A DNA stretch of 32,000 nucleotides from Candidatus Nitrosopumilus koreensis AR1. GTDB lineage: Archaea > Thermoproteota > Nitrososphaeria > Nitrososphaerales > Nitrosopumilaceae. Numbering within the stretch: the stretch's first letter is position 1; each line of letters begins with the position of its first letter. Below are positions 9,476 to 19,646 of this stretch, piece after piece. Made by a program: the position numbers and the translations under genes. The notes beneath the pieces are model-generated. The model did no database searches, was not told where the DNA came from, and saw only the letters and a list, made by a program, of their open reading frames with translations. The stretch is from the NCBI RefSeq assembly GCF_000299365.1, contig NC_018655.1:390001-422000 (forward strand). The letters run 5' to 3'.

Positions 9476-9862
9476 TCATTTCACGACATTGATAATTTCA
9501 ATCAACTTTGTTTCAATTTCTTTTCCCATTAATTCTAATTCTTTATTTGATGCAACAGAAAGCAATTCAGTTGGTCTTGCTAAACTAATGTGATTTTCTC
9601 CATCTTTTTCAAATACTGCAATAGTGCATGGGAGTAATAACCCAATATTGGGATCAGAATCTAACGCTTTTTTTGCAGCTTGAGGATTACACACCTCTAG
9701 TAGTTTGTATTGATGTGGATAATCGACTCCTTTTTTAGCAAATATTTCCTTAAAATCAAGAGTCCCTAAAACTCCAAATTTTATTTCTGAAAGCTTGGTA
9801 GTAATTTCTTGAATGATTACATCGATATCTTTTTGTGTTTTTACGGTATAGTTAAAGGTCAA
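9476..9862 (-). CDS. DUF302 family protein
   Basis: YTVKTQKDIDVIIQEITTKLSEIKFGVLGTLDFKEIFAKKGVDYPHQYKLLEVCNPQAAKKAL...GLLLPCTIAVFEK pattern. Confidence 0.85.
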   Translation of the reverse strand: MTFNYTVKTQKDIDVIIQEITTKLSEIKFGVLGTLDFKEIFAKKGVDYPHQYKLLEVCNPQAAKKALDSDPNIGLLLPCTIAVFEKDGENHISLARPTELLSVASNKELELMGKEIETKLIEIINVVK

Positions 9863-10015
9863 CTATGAGGATAGAACAAACTACTGCATATAGTTTTGTG
9901 ATGACTAAATGAGAACCTATTGCATATGTCTCAAATACATGGTGCTCCCACCGAGTTTTGTCAAATCGGTTAAACACCCCCTACTTTTGTTTATAACGAA
10001 ATTATATTTTTTAAT

Positions 10016-11554
10016 TCAAGTTCCTATTCTGACAGGTTTTCCAACAGAAGGAATTCCGTTATTATCAATAACAAATAGCAAATAATACCCTGGAGGGGCC
10101 CAACTTCCATTTTTTGGACTTTGAATCTTTAGAGTTGCAGAATTCTCCACAATATTTAGAAACAGACAGCGCTGGTCCATGTTATTGTTATGTGTAGTAG
10201 ATGACATTCGTATTAATGAAACTTTGGTAATGTTTGTTGAATCAGTTGCTATTTCATATTGAGTATCGTATTGCATAGAATTGGGAGAGTTGGTAATTTG
10301 TGGTCGAGTGTTACTTGCCATATATGGTGGTTCTATTATTTCAATTTCCTGTTCAAAGTGCTGATCAGGTCTGAATATTGCACGAGTAAAATCGTGCCCA
10401 GTGCTTCCCGCAGCCAAAACACTGCCGTCAGATAACAAAATTGCTGTACCATGATATAACCTGGGTTTTTCCAAAGGGTTTGCTAATTCTTGCCAAGTTT
10501 CAGTTTCAGGATCAAACAATTCAATTTTCATAACTGCAATCTGATTACTATCTGCAGTTCCTTTTTCTGCACCATTAGTTACCAAAATTTTTCCATCAGG
10601 AAGAAGAACAGAGTCGCATAGAAATCTCTTCAAATGATGAGGTTTTTCTTGCCACCCTGCAGAGTTAGTTGGGTCGTTCAGAGGTATGGTAAGCATTTCG
10701 GGAATACTTGTAGCGTCATCCTCTTTTCCAGGTTTCATAACAGTACTGCCGCCAATTACCATTATTTTTGCAACTTGATCATCATGGTTCAATGGCAGCA
10801 TAACACAGGTTCCCATTCCAGGATATGTTCTAGTGCCTCCGGTTGAGGTTACAAATTCGCCAGACAAAAATTGTTTTTGAGAAATATCCCAAAACTTTGT
10901 CGTTTTATCAGAATGAACAAACAGGTGATTCCCTGGAAGTACATGTAAGTAAGGATACATGTGGATGTGTTCAAACCCAAAAGATTTTGGTTCGGAAAGT
11001 ATGTTTGTAGTAGAATCAAAAATCTGGTAACTTTTGTTCATAAATCCGCCAAACAATGCATGATATCCATGAGACCACGTGCCTGAAACAATTAGTGCAT
11101 TACCATCAGGTAACGTTACGCATGTTGGATACCATCTAGCTTTGGACATTCCCGGAGAATGTCGCGTCCATTGAAGATTTGGGTCAGATTCATCAGGATC
11201 AAATGTATGTATGTCATGATCAGCTGCTTCTTTTCCCAAAATCTTTAACACTAAAGGCAATACTCCAATAACAGTTCCAAAAATAACATGAGGATAGTTG
11301 AAGGTCGATTGTCCGCCTACAACCAACAATCGTCCATCTGGTAAAAAACAATGTCCAGAACAAAACAAATTGCGTTTTAGGTTGGAATTCTCATGATGAT
11401 CAGGATTGTTGGGATTCCATATGTTTGCCTCACCTTTAGTCCAATCCCATAATTTTTTATGAGAACCTGAAAACAATAATGCCTTTCCGTTTTTGAGTAA
11501 ACCCAGATGAACTGCGACAGTGTTTAATTTATGAAGATGACTGTGATGACTCAT
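10016..11554 (-). CDS. Galactose oxidase/glyoxal oxidase-like copper radical oxidase (Kelch-type propeller with C-terminal DUF1929-like domain)
   Basis: LFCSGHCFLPDGRLLVVGG (Cys), SKARWYPTCVTLPDGNALIVSG (Tyr), PRLYHGTAILLSDGSVLAAG (Tyr-His), SSTTHNNNMDQRCLFL (His), SWAPPGYYLLFVIDNNGIPS. Confidence 0.88.
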   Translation of the reverse strand: MSHHSHLHKLNTVAVHLGLLKNGKALLFSGSHKKLWDWTKGEANIWNPNNPDHHENSNLKRNLFCSGHCFLPDGRLLVVGGQSTFNYPHVIFGTVIGVLPLVLKILGKEAADHDIHTFDPDESDPNLQWTRHSPGMSKARWYPTCVTLPDGNALIVSGTWSHGYHALFGGFMNKSYQIFDSTTNILSEPKSFGFEHIHMYPYLHVLPGNHLFVHSDKTTKFWDISQKQFLSGEFVTSTGGTRTYPGMGTCVMLPLNHDDQVAKIMVIGGSTVMKPGKEDDATSIPEMLTIPLNDPTNSAGWQEKPHHLKRFLCDSVLLPDGKILVTNGAEKGTADSNQIAVMKIELFDPETETWQELANPLEKPRLYHGTAILLSDGSVLAAGSTGHDFTRAIFRPDQHFEQEIEIIEPPYMASNTRPQITNSPNSMQYDTQYEIATDSTNITKVSLIRMSSTTHNNNMDQRCLFLNIVENSATLKIQSPKNGSWAPPGYYLLFVIDNNGIPSVGKPVRIGT

Positions 11555-11572
11555 TTGAACACTGTCTCAATA

Positions 11573-12820
11573 CTATGGCAATGGTATTTCCTGTGTTTTT
11601 GCTAAAGTACCTGTACTTGTTCCATTAACAAAAACTTCGATGTCATCTCCACCAAGCTGTACGCCTCTGGCAGAATTAACATGGTTGTCCGTATGGCTTA
11701 TCTCTAATATTACATCCACAAAGTCATTATCGCTTTCCGTTCTTCCAATCCTGTCTTCATATCCAATGGTTGTCAAAATTTGATTTAAGATTCCATTATT
11801 TGCTGCAAATTTGTCAGGTACACTCCCAATTATTTTGTATCTAGAAAGAATTTCACCTGTTGTTTGGTTTCTTATCTGAAGTGTATTTGCTAAAAATTGC
11901 CGTACAGGTATAGGAATGGTAAGATTATTGTCCAGAACATGTCTAGGGGTAACAATATCATAATCAGAAAAGGTTGGGAGTAAACCTTGTAATGAAATTC
12001 CAGTTGCAGTGCCTGTTCTGGTGGTAGTTGTGTCTTCAGAACCGTCCCAAGGCCACATTCTATCATTTAGTCTGCTTCCATAACTTCCATCATTATTTGG
12101 ATTGTAATTTTCGGGTCCAGGATGAAGCTCTTGCCATTTTGACCATAATCTGTCAATATTTGCATGGTGTAAAAAGAATATTGGATCATTTGGAGATGTC
12201 ATAGATGTCATGTGTCCTCCAATCCACATGTGAATACTGCCATGAGGTCCTTCAAGTCCTGGTAAAAAGGAATCAAAATCATTATCTCCGTTTACTGCAT
12301 CCATGGCCAATTCTCCATAACCTGAAACTTGTGATAACTTTGAAGAAGACAATAATGTGGAATCTCTAACAAGTACACTCCCATTGTTTCCTCCATCCAA
12401 CTCCGAATGAACTTCCCAATTGTTTTCAACAAAATAACCACTTGTTATTTTATTTCCATTATTTGGATCTCCTGGAGGTCCCATAAAATCATCTGTGAAT
12501 ATTTCTGTAGTGTCTGTATCATCTCCTGAAGACCAATTCCAATAAGGGAGGGATAAAGTAGAATCTACTGTTCTAATTGCTTTTTCAAATCTGTTAAGGT
12601 ATTCACGATGCCAAGCCAAAAATCCTGGTACAAAATGGGCCCCATCTCCAATAGGAATTCCGTTTCTAAGACGTCGTGTAACGCCATAATGGATGGCTAC
12701 AAATTCATCATATTTGCTTAATGTGTGTCCTGGTTCAATTGTTTGTTTTAAAGTTAACAATGCATTGCAGTACCTCTGTCTTTCATCAGGTAAGAAATCT
12801 TTTGCATTTTTTCTTGTCAA
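11573..12820 (-). CDS. Tyrosinase (type-3 di-copper) family protein
   Basis: CuA: FVAIHYG...GAHFVPGFLAWHREYLNRFE...LPYWNW. CuB: GPHGSIHMWIGGHM...DPIFFLHHANIDRLWSKWQ. 18-nt spacing to the downstream oxidase. Confidence 0.93.
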   Translation of the reverse strand: MTRKNAKDFLPDERQRYCNALLTLKQTIEPGHTLSKYDEFVAIHYGVTRRLRNGIPIGDGAHFVPGFLAWHREYLNRFEKAIRTVDSTLSLPYWNWSSGDDTDTTEIFTDDFMGPPGDPNNGNKITSGYFVENNWEVHSELDGGNNGSVLVRDSTLLSSSKLSQVSGYGELAMDAVNGDNDFDSFLPGLEGPHGSIHMWIGGHMTSMTSPNDPIFFLHHANIDRLWSKWQELHPGPENYNPNNDGSYGSRLNDRMWPWDGSEDTTTTRTGTATGISLQGLLPTFSDYDIVTPRHVLDNNLTIPIPVRQFLANTLQIRNQTTGEILSRYKIIGSVPDKFAANNGILNQILTTIGYEDRIGRTESDNDFVDVILEISHTDNHVNSARGVQLGGDDIEVFVNGTSTGTLAKTQEIPLP

Positions 12821-13044
12821 ATCTTTTCCTCCAGATCGATGTGTTTTTTCAGATCCACTCTGTTCATTATGTTAATACTTTATGAACCTAATAATTAAGC
12901 GTTTATGGATAGAATTAGGTAAATACAATTTACATATAAAATTAAACTGATATCTACGTGAAATCACTGTATTTAACAAATATGTGAATCTATGATTATC
13001 TTAAAATAAGAAAGAATTATTAAATATTCCTTCTTATAAGAAAT

Positions 13045-13218
13045 ATGTCTTTGGGAGCAATAAATGCAGTTCGTGATTTGCAAAATAGCATTACTAAGAT
13101 GTGCTATGACTATAGACAAGTCAACAAACTCACTGGACTGGAAAATACCACATTAAAAGATCTTGACGCCTTCTTACAAGAATTAAAAGACAAACAAACA
13201 GAGCTTGAAGAGTCTTAA
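13045..13218 (+). CDS. Small coiled-coil-like protein (57 aa), absent from ORF track
   Basis: Manual translation MSLGAINAVRDLQNSITKMCYDYRQVNKLTGLENTTLKDLDAFLQELKDKQTELEES; AT-rich promoter-like region upstream. Confidence 0.45.
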   Translation: MSLGAINAVRDLQNSITKMCYDYRQVNKLTGLENTTLKDLDAFLQELKDKQTELEES

Positions 13219-13316
13219 TTAATCCCAATCATTTATTTTTTATATTTTCATCACATGTCAAAAAACTTTCTTTATTTTGATTTTAAGTTCATATTCAGAT
13301 GAGAAATGTACAAAAT

Positions 13317-14214
13317 CTATTCAATATTCAACTGAATCCACAAAGGTAAATGATCTGATATCTGGTATGTGAATTTCTCTTTTGTCATGGAAAATTCAGG
13401 AAATGGATACAATGCATGGTGATCACCTTGATAAAAGTCAACAGAACCCGCTTTTTCTATTTTTTTTGGCATATTTCTTATGGTAAAATATCTGATCATA
13501 ACGCTTATCTCGCTTGAGATTTGTTCCTTTCTTCCCTAAAATGGCCGAATGTGTATGAAGATTGTTTTTTGTGATTGCATCAAATAAACTACTGTTCTCA
13601 GATGGAATGTTGAAATCTCCTAGAACGATCATGTCTTTTCCCTTGACATGTCTAAGTTTTCGTCTTTCTTCAATCCAGTCCGCAAGTTTGCTCAATGCCT
13701 CTTCTCGAGAGTTTTCATTATCCCATCAAATATGTACTGCAAGCATCACAAATTCGAATTGTCCAGCTTTAAATGACACAAGATAAGGGCTTCTCCACCA
13801 TGTCAAGATGGGAATCCATTCATCAGTTTTATTTTCTGGCTCTAATCTTATTGGATCTGCTTCAGCTGCAAGTCCCGTAAACTCTATGATTCTACCGTCA
13901 TATAGATAACCAATTCTTTCACCATTTCCCTTGACATCCATATTTGTATCAGAATAGATTACTTTCCAATATGGGCCCATGATTCTCATGATTTCTTCAA
14001 GATCGTCTGTGTTGACAGTAAGTTCAGTTATTGCAATCATGTTAAAGTTTGAGAGAATCTCTGCAATGTAATGTAATGATATTTGTTTTCTGTTTCCAGC
14101 AAGTTTTCTGATGTTCCATGTTGCAATCTTTATGTTCTTGTCAAGTATCGTATTGGGAATTTCTGCATTCCTAATTCGTTCTCGGAGAATTTTTTAATCC
14201 CTTTTTTGTGACAT
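13317..14214 (-). pseudogene. Endonuclease/exonuclease/phosphatase (EEP) family gene, disrupted
   Basis: IKIATWNIRKLAG..., GERIGYLYD, FVMLAVHI, MIVLGDFNIP, YDQI, ISDHLPLW. In-frame TAA (14194-14196), in-frame TGA (13726-13728), and a frame change at the T8 run (13460-13467). Confidence 0.85.
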
Positions 14215-14270
14215 CGTCAATTTTACCATGATCCATAATACGCTATTCATAAAGTAATACAAAAAGATGT

Positions 14271-15203
14271 CTAGAATCTTCGATAAAACTTTTCAGTGTC
14301 TTCTCTACTTTTTTCTGATGATTTTAGAGGTGTCTTTTCATCCCATGGAATATACTCCCATTTCCAAAAGTCATGGTTGTTGTCGTGTGGCGCCAGTGCG
14401 TGGTTTGATGTGTTAATAAATACTACTGGGTGGTTCTTGTCTGAAAAGTAATACTTTATTGGAATTATTTTTTGGTTATGGGTTGAATCATCAAACAGAG
14501 TTTTATCATTACTGTAAATATTATCAAAATAAAACTGATCTTGTCTTATCTCAAATGTTTCAATATCAATTGTCCTTCGAAATTTTAGGAATCTGTACAG
14601 TTTGTAGAAAGGATCCACTAGGAAAAATTTTCGTAACACTTCGCCTTCAAACGCTAGAGTCACTTGGTAGTTTTGCCCGTTGGCAATTATGTTGATTTCC
14701 CGTAAAAAATTTTCCCATGCATCAACTCTGGGTTGATATACCACTGGAAGAATTTTGGAGTTGGTAGGAGAATAATTGGGAAAAATTATGTTGTCTTCAT
14801 TTTTAGGATTGTTAATTTTTTCCACAATTATCTGATGCAAGGAAATGATCTCCTCCTTGTTTTTAGATGATATTCTAACATCTTTGAGATCCCTGTGGTG
14901 ACGGTCTTGTGATTGCAATACTGTAAACTCCAAAACAGACTCTGAATCAGTATGATTGATGGTTACTTCAGTTATGGTAAATCCCATCATCAATTTTAGC
15001 CTGTATTCAGATTTTTTGAATTTTGATTTTCCTGATCTCTCCCGTCTTATAACAATATGAGCACCATCATTTAGTCCAAACACTGTGACAGAACATTCTT
15101 TGTAGTGCCAAGTCTTCTCTTTGTTTGTCCACTTTAGATATCGTCTTCCATGCTCATTGAATTCCTCATATTTTTCTTGAATATATGAAAAGTGAAATGC
15201 CAT
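14271..15203 (-). CDS. Hypothetical protein
   Basis: 310-aa ORF with good codon structure; no recognised family. Confidence 0.6.
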   Translation of the reverse strand: MAFHFSYIQEKYEEFNEHGRRYLKWTNKEKTWHYKECSVTVFGLNDGAHIVIRRERSGKSKFKKSEYRLKLMMGFTITEVTINHTDSESVLEFTVLQSQDRHHRDLKDVRISSKNKEEIISLHQIIVEKINNPKNEDNIIFPNYSPTNSKILPVVYQPRVDAWENFLREINIIANGQNYQVTLAFEGEVLRKFFLVDPFYKLYRFLKFRRTIDIETFEIRQDQFYFDNIYSNDKTLFDDSTHNQKIIPIKYYFSDKNHPVVFINTSNHALAPHDNNHDFWKWEYIPWDEKTPLKSSEKSREDTEKFYRRF

Positions 15204-15249
15204 ATGTAGTTATGAATATCTTAAAATAAGACTGTTACGGTAATAATCT

Positions 15250-16368
15250 GTGATTACAGAACGCTCAAAAGATTTTGTAAAAGCAGAAAAAGATTCTAGT
15301 GATCCAGACCATCCAAAGATCAAATACGTTATTGATAATGAACGGGTAAACAAAGTAGTGTTATCTGAGATAAACGAGTTTAAACAATTTCGGGACGAGT
15401 TAGAAAAAGAAGGAAAACAACATGAACTGATCTTTGATAAAATAATAAAAAAATGCAAAGAAAATGAGATAATGTTTGAGGCAAAAAGTAGACAAATAAA
15501 AGAAGAGCTTGACAAGAAAAAAGTTACTGCAAATATGAAAGAGGATGGAGAAAAGCAGGCAGAAAAGACAAAATTTTCTAGTTACATGAACTACATTGCA
15601 GGAACTACTCTTGTGGTGATTGGAATGCTTATGATACTTTCAATTGGATGCGTTGAATGGACACTATGCTCAGTTGAATCTAATCCATACCTTCAGATTC
15701 TAGAGTCAAACTTTCTCATGGTTCTTGTTGGAACTGTAGTAGGGCCAATGGTTTCAAAATATCTCAAAGAAAAATATGATATTCAGATAAAATCTGAACA
15801 ACTTGTTATGATTACACAGGATGCCGTAAAAACAGTATCAATGTACAATAAGGTGGCTAATGAACTAAGAGATGATAAAGGCCAACTCTCAGATGAACAA
15901 ATAGAAAAGCTTCAGAATGCAGCATTAAGCTCAATTAAAAACAACTTTGGTACGGACAAATACAAAGAATTGATAACGAGTCTGAGCGGTCAGGCATTCA
16001 AAAAGGCAATAGAGTATGCAGTAGCACAAAAAAAGATTGAGAGTTTCCCATTAGAACAAGAACAAGTTGAAAAAATTGTAAGACAAAGTCTTGATGCTGT
16101 ACCATACGTAATTGATTGGCAAAACAAAAAACCAGAAGTAAAGGAGACCTTTATTCGAGGATATGTAAAAAACCTTTTGCAAAACACGGGTGCTGATGGA
16201 TGGGCCTACAATGCACTTGAAGGCGTATTTGATGCAGAAGTAAACAAAAGATTAACGGCTGCTGCAGTTGCAGATGCTCGAGGCTTGATAAAAACAAATG
16301 AAACAGAACCCATGAAAAAATATTCCAGTGTCATAGTTGATGCGGTTTTAGAATCAGGTGTAAAATGA
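15250..16368 (+). CDS. Hypothetical membrane protein (N-terminal coiled coil, two TM segments)
   Basis: Coiled-coil region, TM segments YIAGTTLVVIGMLMILSIG and FLMVLVGTVVGPMV, then a holin-LLH-like/helical region (weak). Divergent from 14271-15203. Confidence 0.7.
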   Translation: MITERSKDFVKAEKDSSDPDHPKIKYVIDNERVNKVVLSEINEFKQFRDELEKEGKQHELIFDKIIKKCKENEIMFEAKSRQIKEELDKKKVTANMKEDGEKQAEKTKFSSYMNYIAGTTLVVIGMLMILSIGCVEWTLCSVESNPYLQILESNFLMVLVGTVVGPMVSKYLKEKYDIQIKSEQLVMITQDAVKTVSMYNKVANELRDDKGQLSDEQIEKLQNAALSSIKNNFGTDKYKELITSLSGQAFKKAIEYAVAQKKIESFPLEQEQVEKIVRQSLDAVPYVIDWQNKKPEVKETFIRGYVKNLLQNTGADGWAYNALEGVFDAEVNKRLTAAAVADARGLIKTNETEPMKKYSSVIVDAVLESGVK

Positions 16369-16487
16369 CATTTGCTGTTGGGATTAATCTTCCATGGGTT
16401 GGAAGAGATTATGATCATGACTTTGGTAATAACATGACACGTAAACCAGATGTTACATATGACCTTAGACCAACAAGGAGCAACTGA
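16365..16487 (+). CDS. 40-aa ORF, possibly N-terminal remnant of a glycoside-hydrolase-like protein
   Basis: MTFAVGINLPWVGRDYDHDFGNNMTRKPDVTYDLRPTRSN, ATGA overlap with the upstream stop; GINLPW...DFG resembles N-termini of GH-A clan proteins. Confidence 0.3.
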   Translation: MTFAVGINLPWVGRDYDHDFGNNMTRKPDVTYDLRPTRSN

Positions 16488-16614
16488 AAAAATAAAAGTT
16501 GGCTCAAAATAGCAATAGTGTGGTAGGAGTACTGTGACCAATACTCGGTAAACAATATTTTGCATGCAAACCAATCACTAATTATCAGATATTTTTAACT
16601 CACAAATGATTGGT

Positions 16615-16731
16615 TTACTCTTGATCTATTACACTTCCACAATTTTGACACTTGAAGTAAAATGGTTTTCCATCAACTACCATTGTTGGTTGGAGTGTCT
16701 GATTACAATTTTCACAAGTTTTCGTTGACAT
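16615..16731 (-). CDS. 38-aa zinc-ribbon microprotein
   Basis: Manual translation MSTKTCENCNQTLQPTMVVDGKPFYFKCQNCGSVIDQE; two CxxC knuckles. Confidence 0.6.
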   Translation of the reverse strand: MSTKTCENCNQTLQPTMVVDGKPFYFKCQNCGSVIDQE

Positions 16732-16948
16732 ATAATGTGGGATATTAAGATAGTATTTGAATATTATGTTAATAAAAGAAAATGATATTATCACTATCCA
16801 TACCTTGTATGGAAATTACATGCGTATTGTTAAAAACTACTCTAGTATGCTTCAAATTGTTTGTCCATCTGCTTTAACCATGATTTGATTTTCTTACAAA
16901 CTTCTGGATTCATAGAACGTGTCTTTCTTTTGTAATTCTATTGAAAAA

Positions 16949-17146
16949 TCAAGGGCTTGTTCTGACATTGAAATCCCCCTGTATCTGCATTAATTGTAAA
17001 TCCTTTAGTTGATTATGTTCTTCCATGAAATAATGTTGCATTGTTACTATCTGAGTAACATAATTCCGTGTTTTTTCTTCTTTTTGCTCCTTTACCTTTT
17101 GGTCTGTTAAATCTCTAATTATGGCATCTGGATCACGAGTTCTCAC
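16949..17146 (-). CDS. Small hypothetical protein
   Basis: 65-aa ORF, Lys/Gln/Glu rich, plausibly helical. Confidence 0.35.
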   Translation of the reverse strand: MRTRDPDAIIRDLTDQKVKEQKEEKTRNYVTQIVTMQHYFMEEHNQLKDLQLMQIQGDFNVRTSP

Positions 17147-17186
17147 ATATTTTGTATGTTACTATGATATTTTTCCGAGTTTGAGA

Positions 17187-19646
17187 TTAATTACTAGTAT
17201 GAGATTGCCCATCACCAATCAAAATAAAACTAGTCCATGTGCGAATTGGTAATTTATCCCGAATGAAAGCTTTACACGTTTTTTGGATAGCTCTTGAAAC
17301 CCCTTCTACAAGAAGATGGGAATAATACTCTTCCATAAAATATCTTCCAATTTTATCTTCTAATGGCCAAATACTTCCAATAACATTTCTTACTCCTGAA
17401 ATAAAAAATGCAGGTACAAGCCCATATGGTTCATCTCCGGGCCCACAACGATAAATTCCACCATTGCAAATACTTAGTATTACTAATCCTGCTGAATTAA
17501 GTTTTAATGTACGTATTTCATCAGCATTGAGATTGCCGTCATGAGTTTTAGATGGTGTAAGCATTATTCGATGAGAATCAATTATGTCCTCTTCTGGGAA
17601 TTCGCCATGAGTTGCAAAGTGAATAATACTTTTTCCTGAGGATTGTTTACGTAAAATCGATTCTGTTGCTTTTTCTTTATTATAAATAAAAGACTCTAAT
17701 TTATCTACGTATTCATTAATGGACTCTAATTCCTTTGCAGATTCTTTTAATGGAGGAAGTTTAAATTTTGATAAATCTGGATTACCTAATGCAAGAAAAC
17801 TAGAAAATTCTGGTATCTGTTTTTTTCTTAACTCGTAAAAAATTGTTGAACTTGGTGCAAAAATTATTTCAACATGTTCTATGAGAAAACTACCATCCTT
17901 AGATTTCAAAGCAGCAAATGGTAAATAATGAAGAACACCATGTGGAACAATAATGCATCTTTTGAAATTTTGTAATTCAAATCCACTTTCTATTATGGGT
18001 AAAATTATTAGATCATAACATTCTTCAAGTTTTTTGATTGCTTTTTTCTCCGTCCCTTCTTGAATATCCACACGTAAACCTCCAATGAAATTCCCCAAAG
18101 GACTTACATCTAGTGGTTGTTGGCCATCTATGCTCATAATGCCAATCATTCCAGGATTTTTAAGCGAGTCTAGTGGAATTTGTAAAACTTTACTTTCCTT
18201 AGATGTTATGATGATGACCCAGAGCTCAATGCTTGGATGAGTTGGATGATTAGGCATAAAAAATTCTAATAATATTTCATCACCTTTTAATGATGTTTGT
18301 ATTTTGCGCATAGTTGTAACATTACTTGTTTTTTCAAACCCTGCATTATGAAGACGATATAATTCCTCTATCTCTTCTTGTTGCAAATGTCTTTCAGATC
18401 TATCAAAAGCTGTTCCAATCGATAGTCTACTCATCAATTGCCCCTCAAATTGAATAATCTCAGGCACATTAGATTTACTAGTTGGGGAATTAAATCGAAG
18501 CAATTTTTTTTCTTTATCAAAAATTATTTCACTAATTTTTTTATCCTGAAATTCTTTTGGTTTTATTTGCATATAATCAAGTAAAGTTCTTGCCTTCAAT
18601 CTCTCTATGATTTCAAAAATTTGTTCATCTTTTCTTTCTCTAAGAATGCTCTGAAGAATTTCAGATAATGAAGATTCTATAAACTGAGTACACCATAGGC
18701 GACCTGCTCTGGATTTGAAACTTTTACGAAAAGATTCCATCTTATCAAATATTGAATCCTGTAATTTTTTAAGTTCTTGTAAATTGTCATTGTATTCTTT
18801 TTCTATACTGTGCCATTTACTAATGATATCTAACCAAATTCCGTCATTTTTTGCAGTTAATGCAACTTCACTGGCTATTCTGAATCGTTCTGAACCAACT
18901 TTCATATCTCCATATCTGTATGACAAGTATGCAAGATTTGTAAGAGTTTGACAAGTTTTATTCAAATCACTTGGTATTTTTTGATATACAAAATTAGTTT
19001 CAACCTGTTTTTCTATCCCTTGAGTGATTTCTTCTAAAACTTCATCTTTGAATTTTTTTTCTTGTTCAAGTAGGAAGAAATTAGAATTAACTTTTGAAAT
19101 AATCGTGGATACTAAACTAACATATTGCTCTATCCATACTCTCTCATTATTTCCTTCAATTGATTTTGTAGCGTTGCTTAGATCTTGTAATACTGTTAAT
19201 AGTAAATCATCCTTATCTTTTGGAGTTTTTGTCTCTTCTGATGCCCAAAAAGCAGAATCTGCCATGACAAAATAAATTCTAAAAATCAGATATTCTGCTT
19301 TTACTTCAAGGCATTTTTCTAATAAACTAGAAATCTGTTCTCGTACTGCAAGATAATCTGAAGGCTGTTTACAAAGCATATATTGTATTTGCCAAAATTG
19401 AAAGTAGCAATACAATGCTTCTTTTCGATATCCAAGTAACAAGAAAATATTAGTTGCTCCACGATAAGCTGCAGTTGCATTTCCAAGTCTATTTGAAGAT
19501 GCTTCGTGATCTGCAATCTTTTTGGCGCGTTCAGCTAATTCAAAAGACACTTGATTTTGATTTTGTTTAAGAAAATTCATCAAGTTTGCAGGATCAGAGA
19601 TAGCTATATCAAAAATATCATTTAGAAGTTTTTCTTCTTGATTCAT
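17187..19646 (-). CDS. CHAT-domain (caspase-like) protein with helical/TPR-like N-terminal half
   Basis: C-terminal RCIIVPHGVLHYLPFAAL, KSIIHFATHGEF (catalytic His), NSAGLVILSICNGGIY (catalytic Cys), GLVPAFFISGVRNVIGSIWPLED. Confidence 0.9.
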   Translation of the reverse strand: MNQEEKLLNDIFDIAISDPANLMNFLKQNQNQVSFELAERAKKIADHEASSNRLGNATAAYRGATNIFLLLGYRKEALYCYFQFWQIQYMLCKQPSDYLAVREQISSLLEKCLEVKAEYLIFRIYFVMADSAFWASEETKTPKDKDDLLLTVLQDLSNATKSIEGNNERVWIEQYVSLVSTIISKVNSNFFLLEQEKKFKDEVLEEITQGIEKQVETNFVYQKIPSDLNKTCQTLTNLAYLSYRYGDMKVGSERFRIASEVALTAKNDGIWLDIISKWHSIEKEYNDNLQELKKLQDSIFDKMESFRKSFKSRAGRLWCTQFIESSLSEILQSILRERKDEQIFEIIERLKARTLLDYMQIKPKEFQDKKISEIIFDKEKKLLRFNSPTSKSNVPEIIQFEGQLMSRLSIGTAFDRSERHLQQEEIEELYRLHNAGFEKTSNVTTMRKIQTSLKGDEILLEFFMPNHPTHPSIELWVIIITSKESKVLQIPLDSLKNPGMIGIMSIDGQQPLDVSPLGNFIGGLRVDIQEGTEKKAIKKLEECYDLIILPIIESGFELQNFKRCIIVPHGVLHYLPFAALKSKDGSFLIEHVEIIFAPSSTIFYELRKKQIPEFSSFLALGNPDLSKFKLPPLKESAKELESINEYVDKLESFIYNKEKATESILRKQSSGKSIIHFATHGEFPEEDIIDSHRIMLTPSKTHDGNLNADEIRTLKLNSAGLVILSICNGGIYRCGPGDEPYGLVPAFFISGVRNVIGSIWPLEDKIGRYFMEEYYSHLLVEGVSRAIQKTCKAFIRDKLPIRTWTSFILIGDGQSHTSN

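Noticed and set aside
15250-16368. Phage holin assignment for the membrane protein
   Set aside because: Only weak resemblance of the helical C-terminal region to LLH-type holins; the N-terminal coiled coil and TM order do not clearly match, so left hypothetical.
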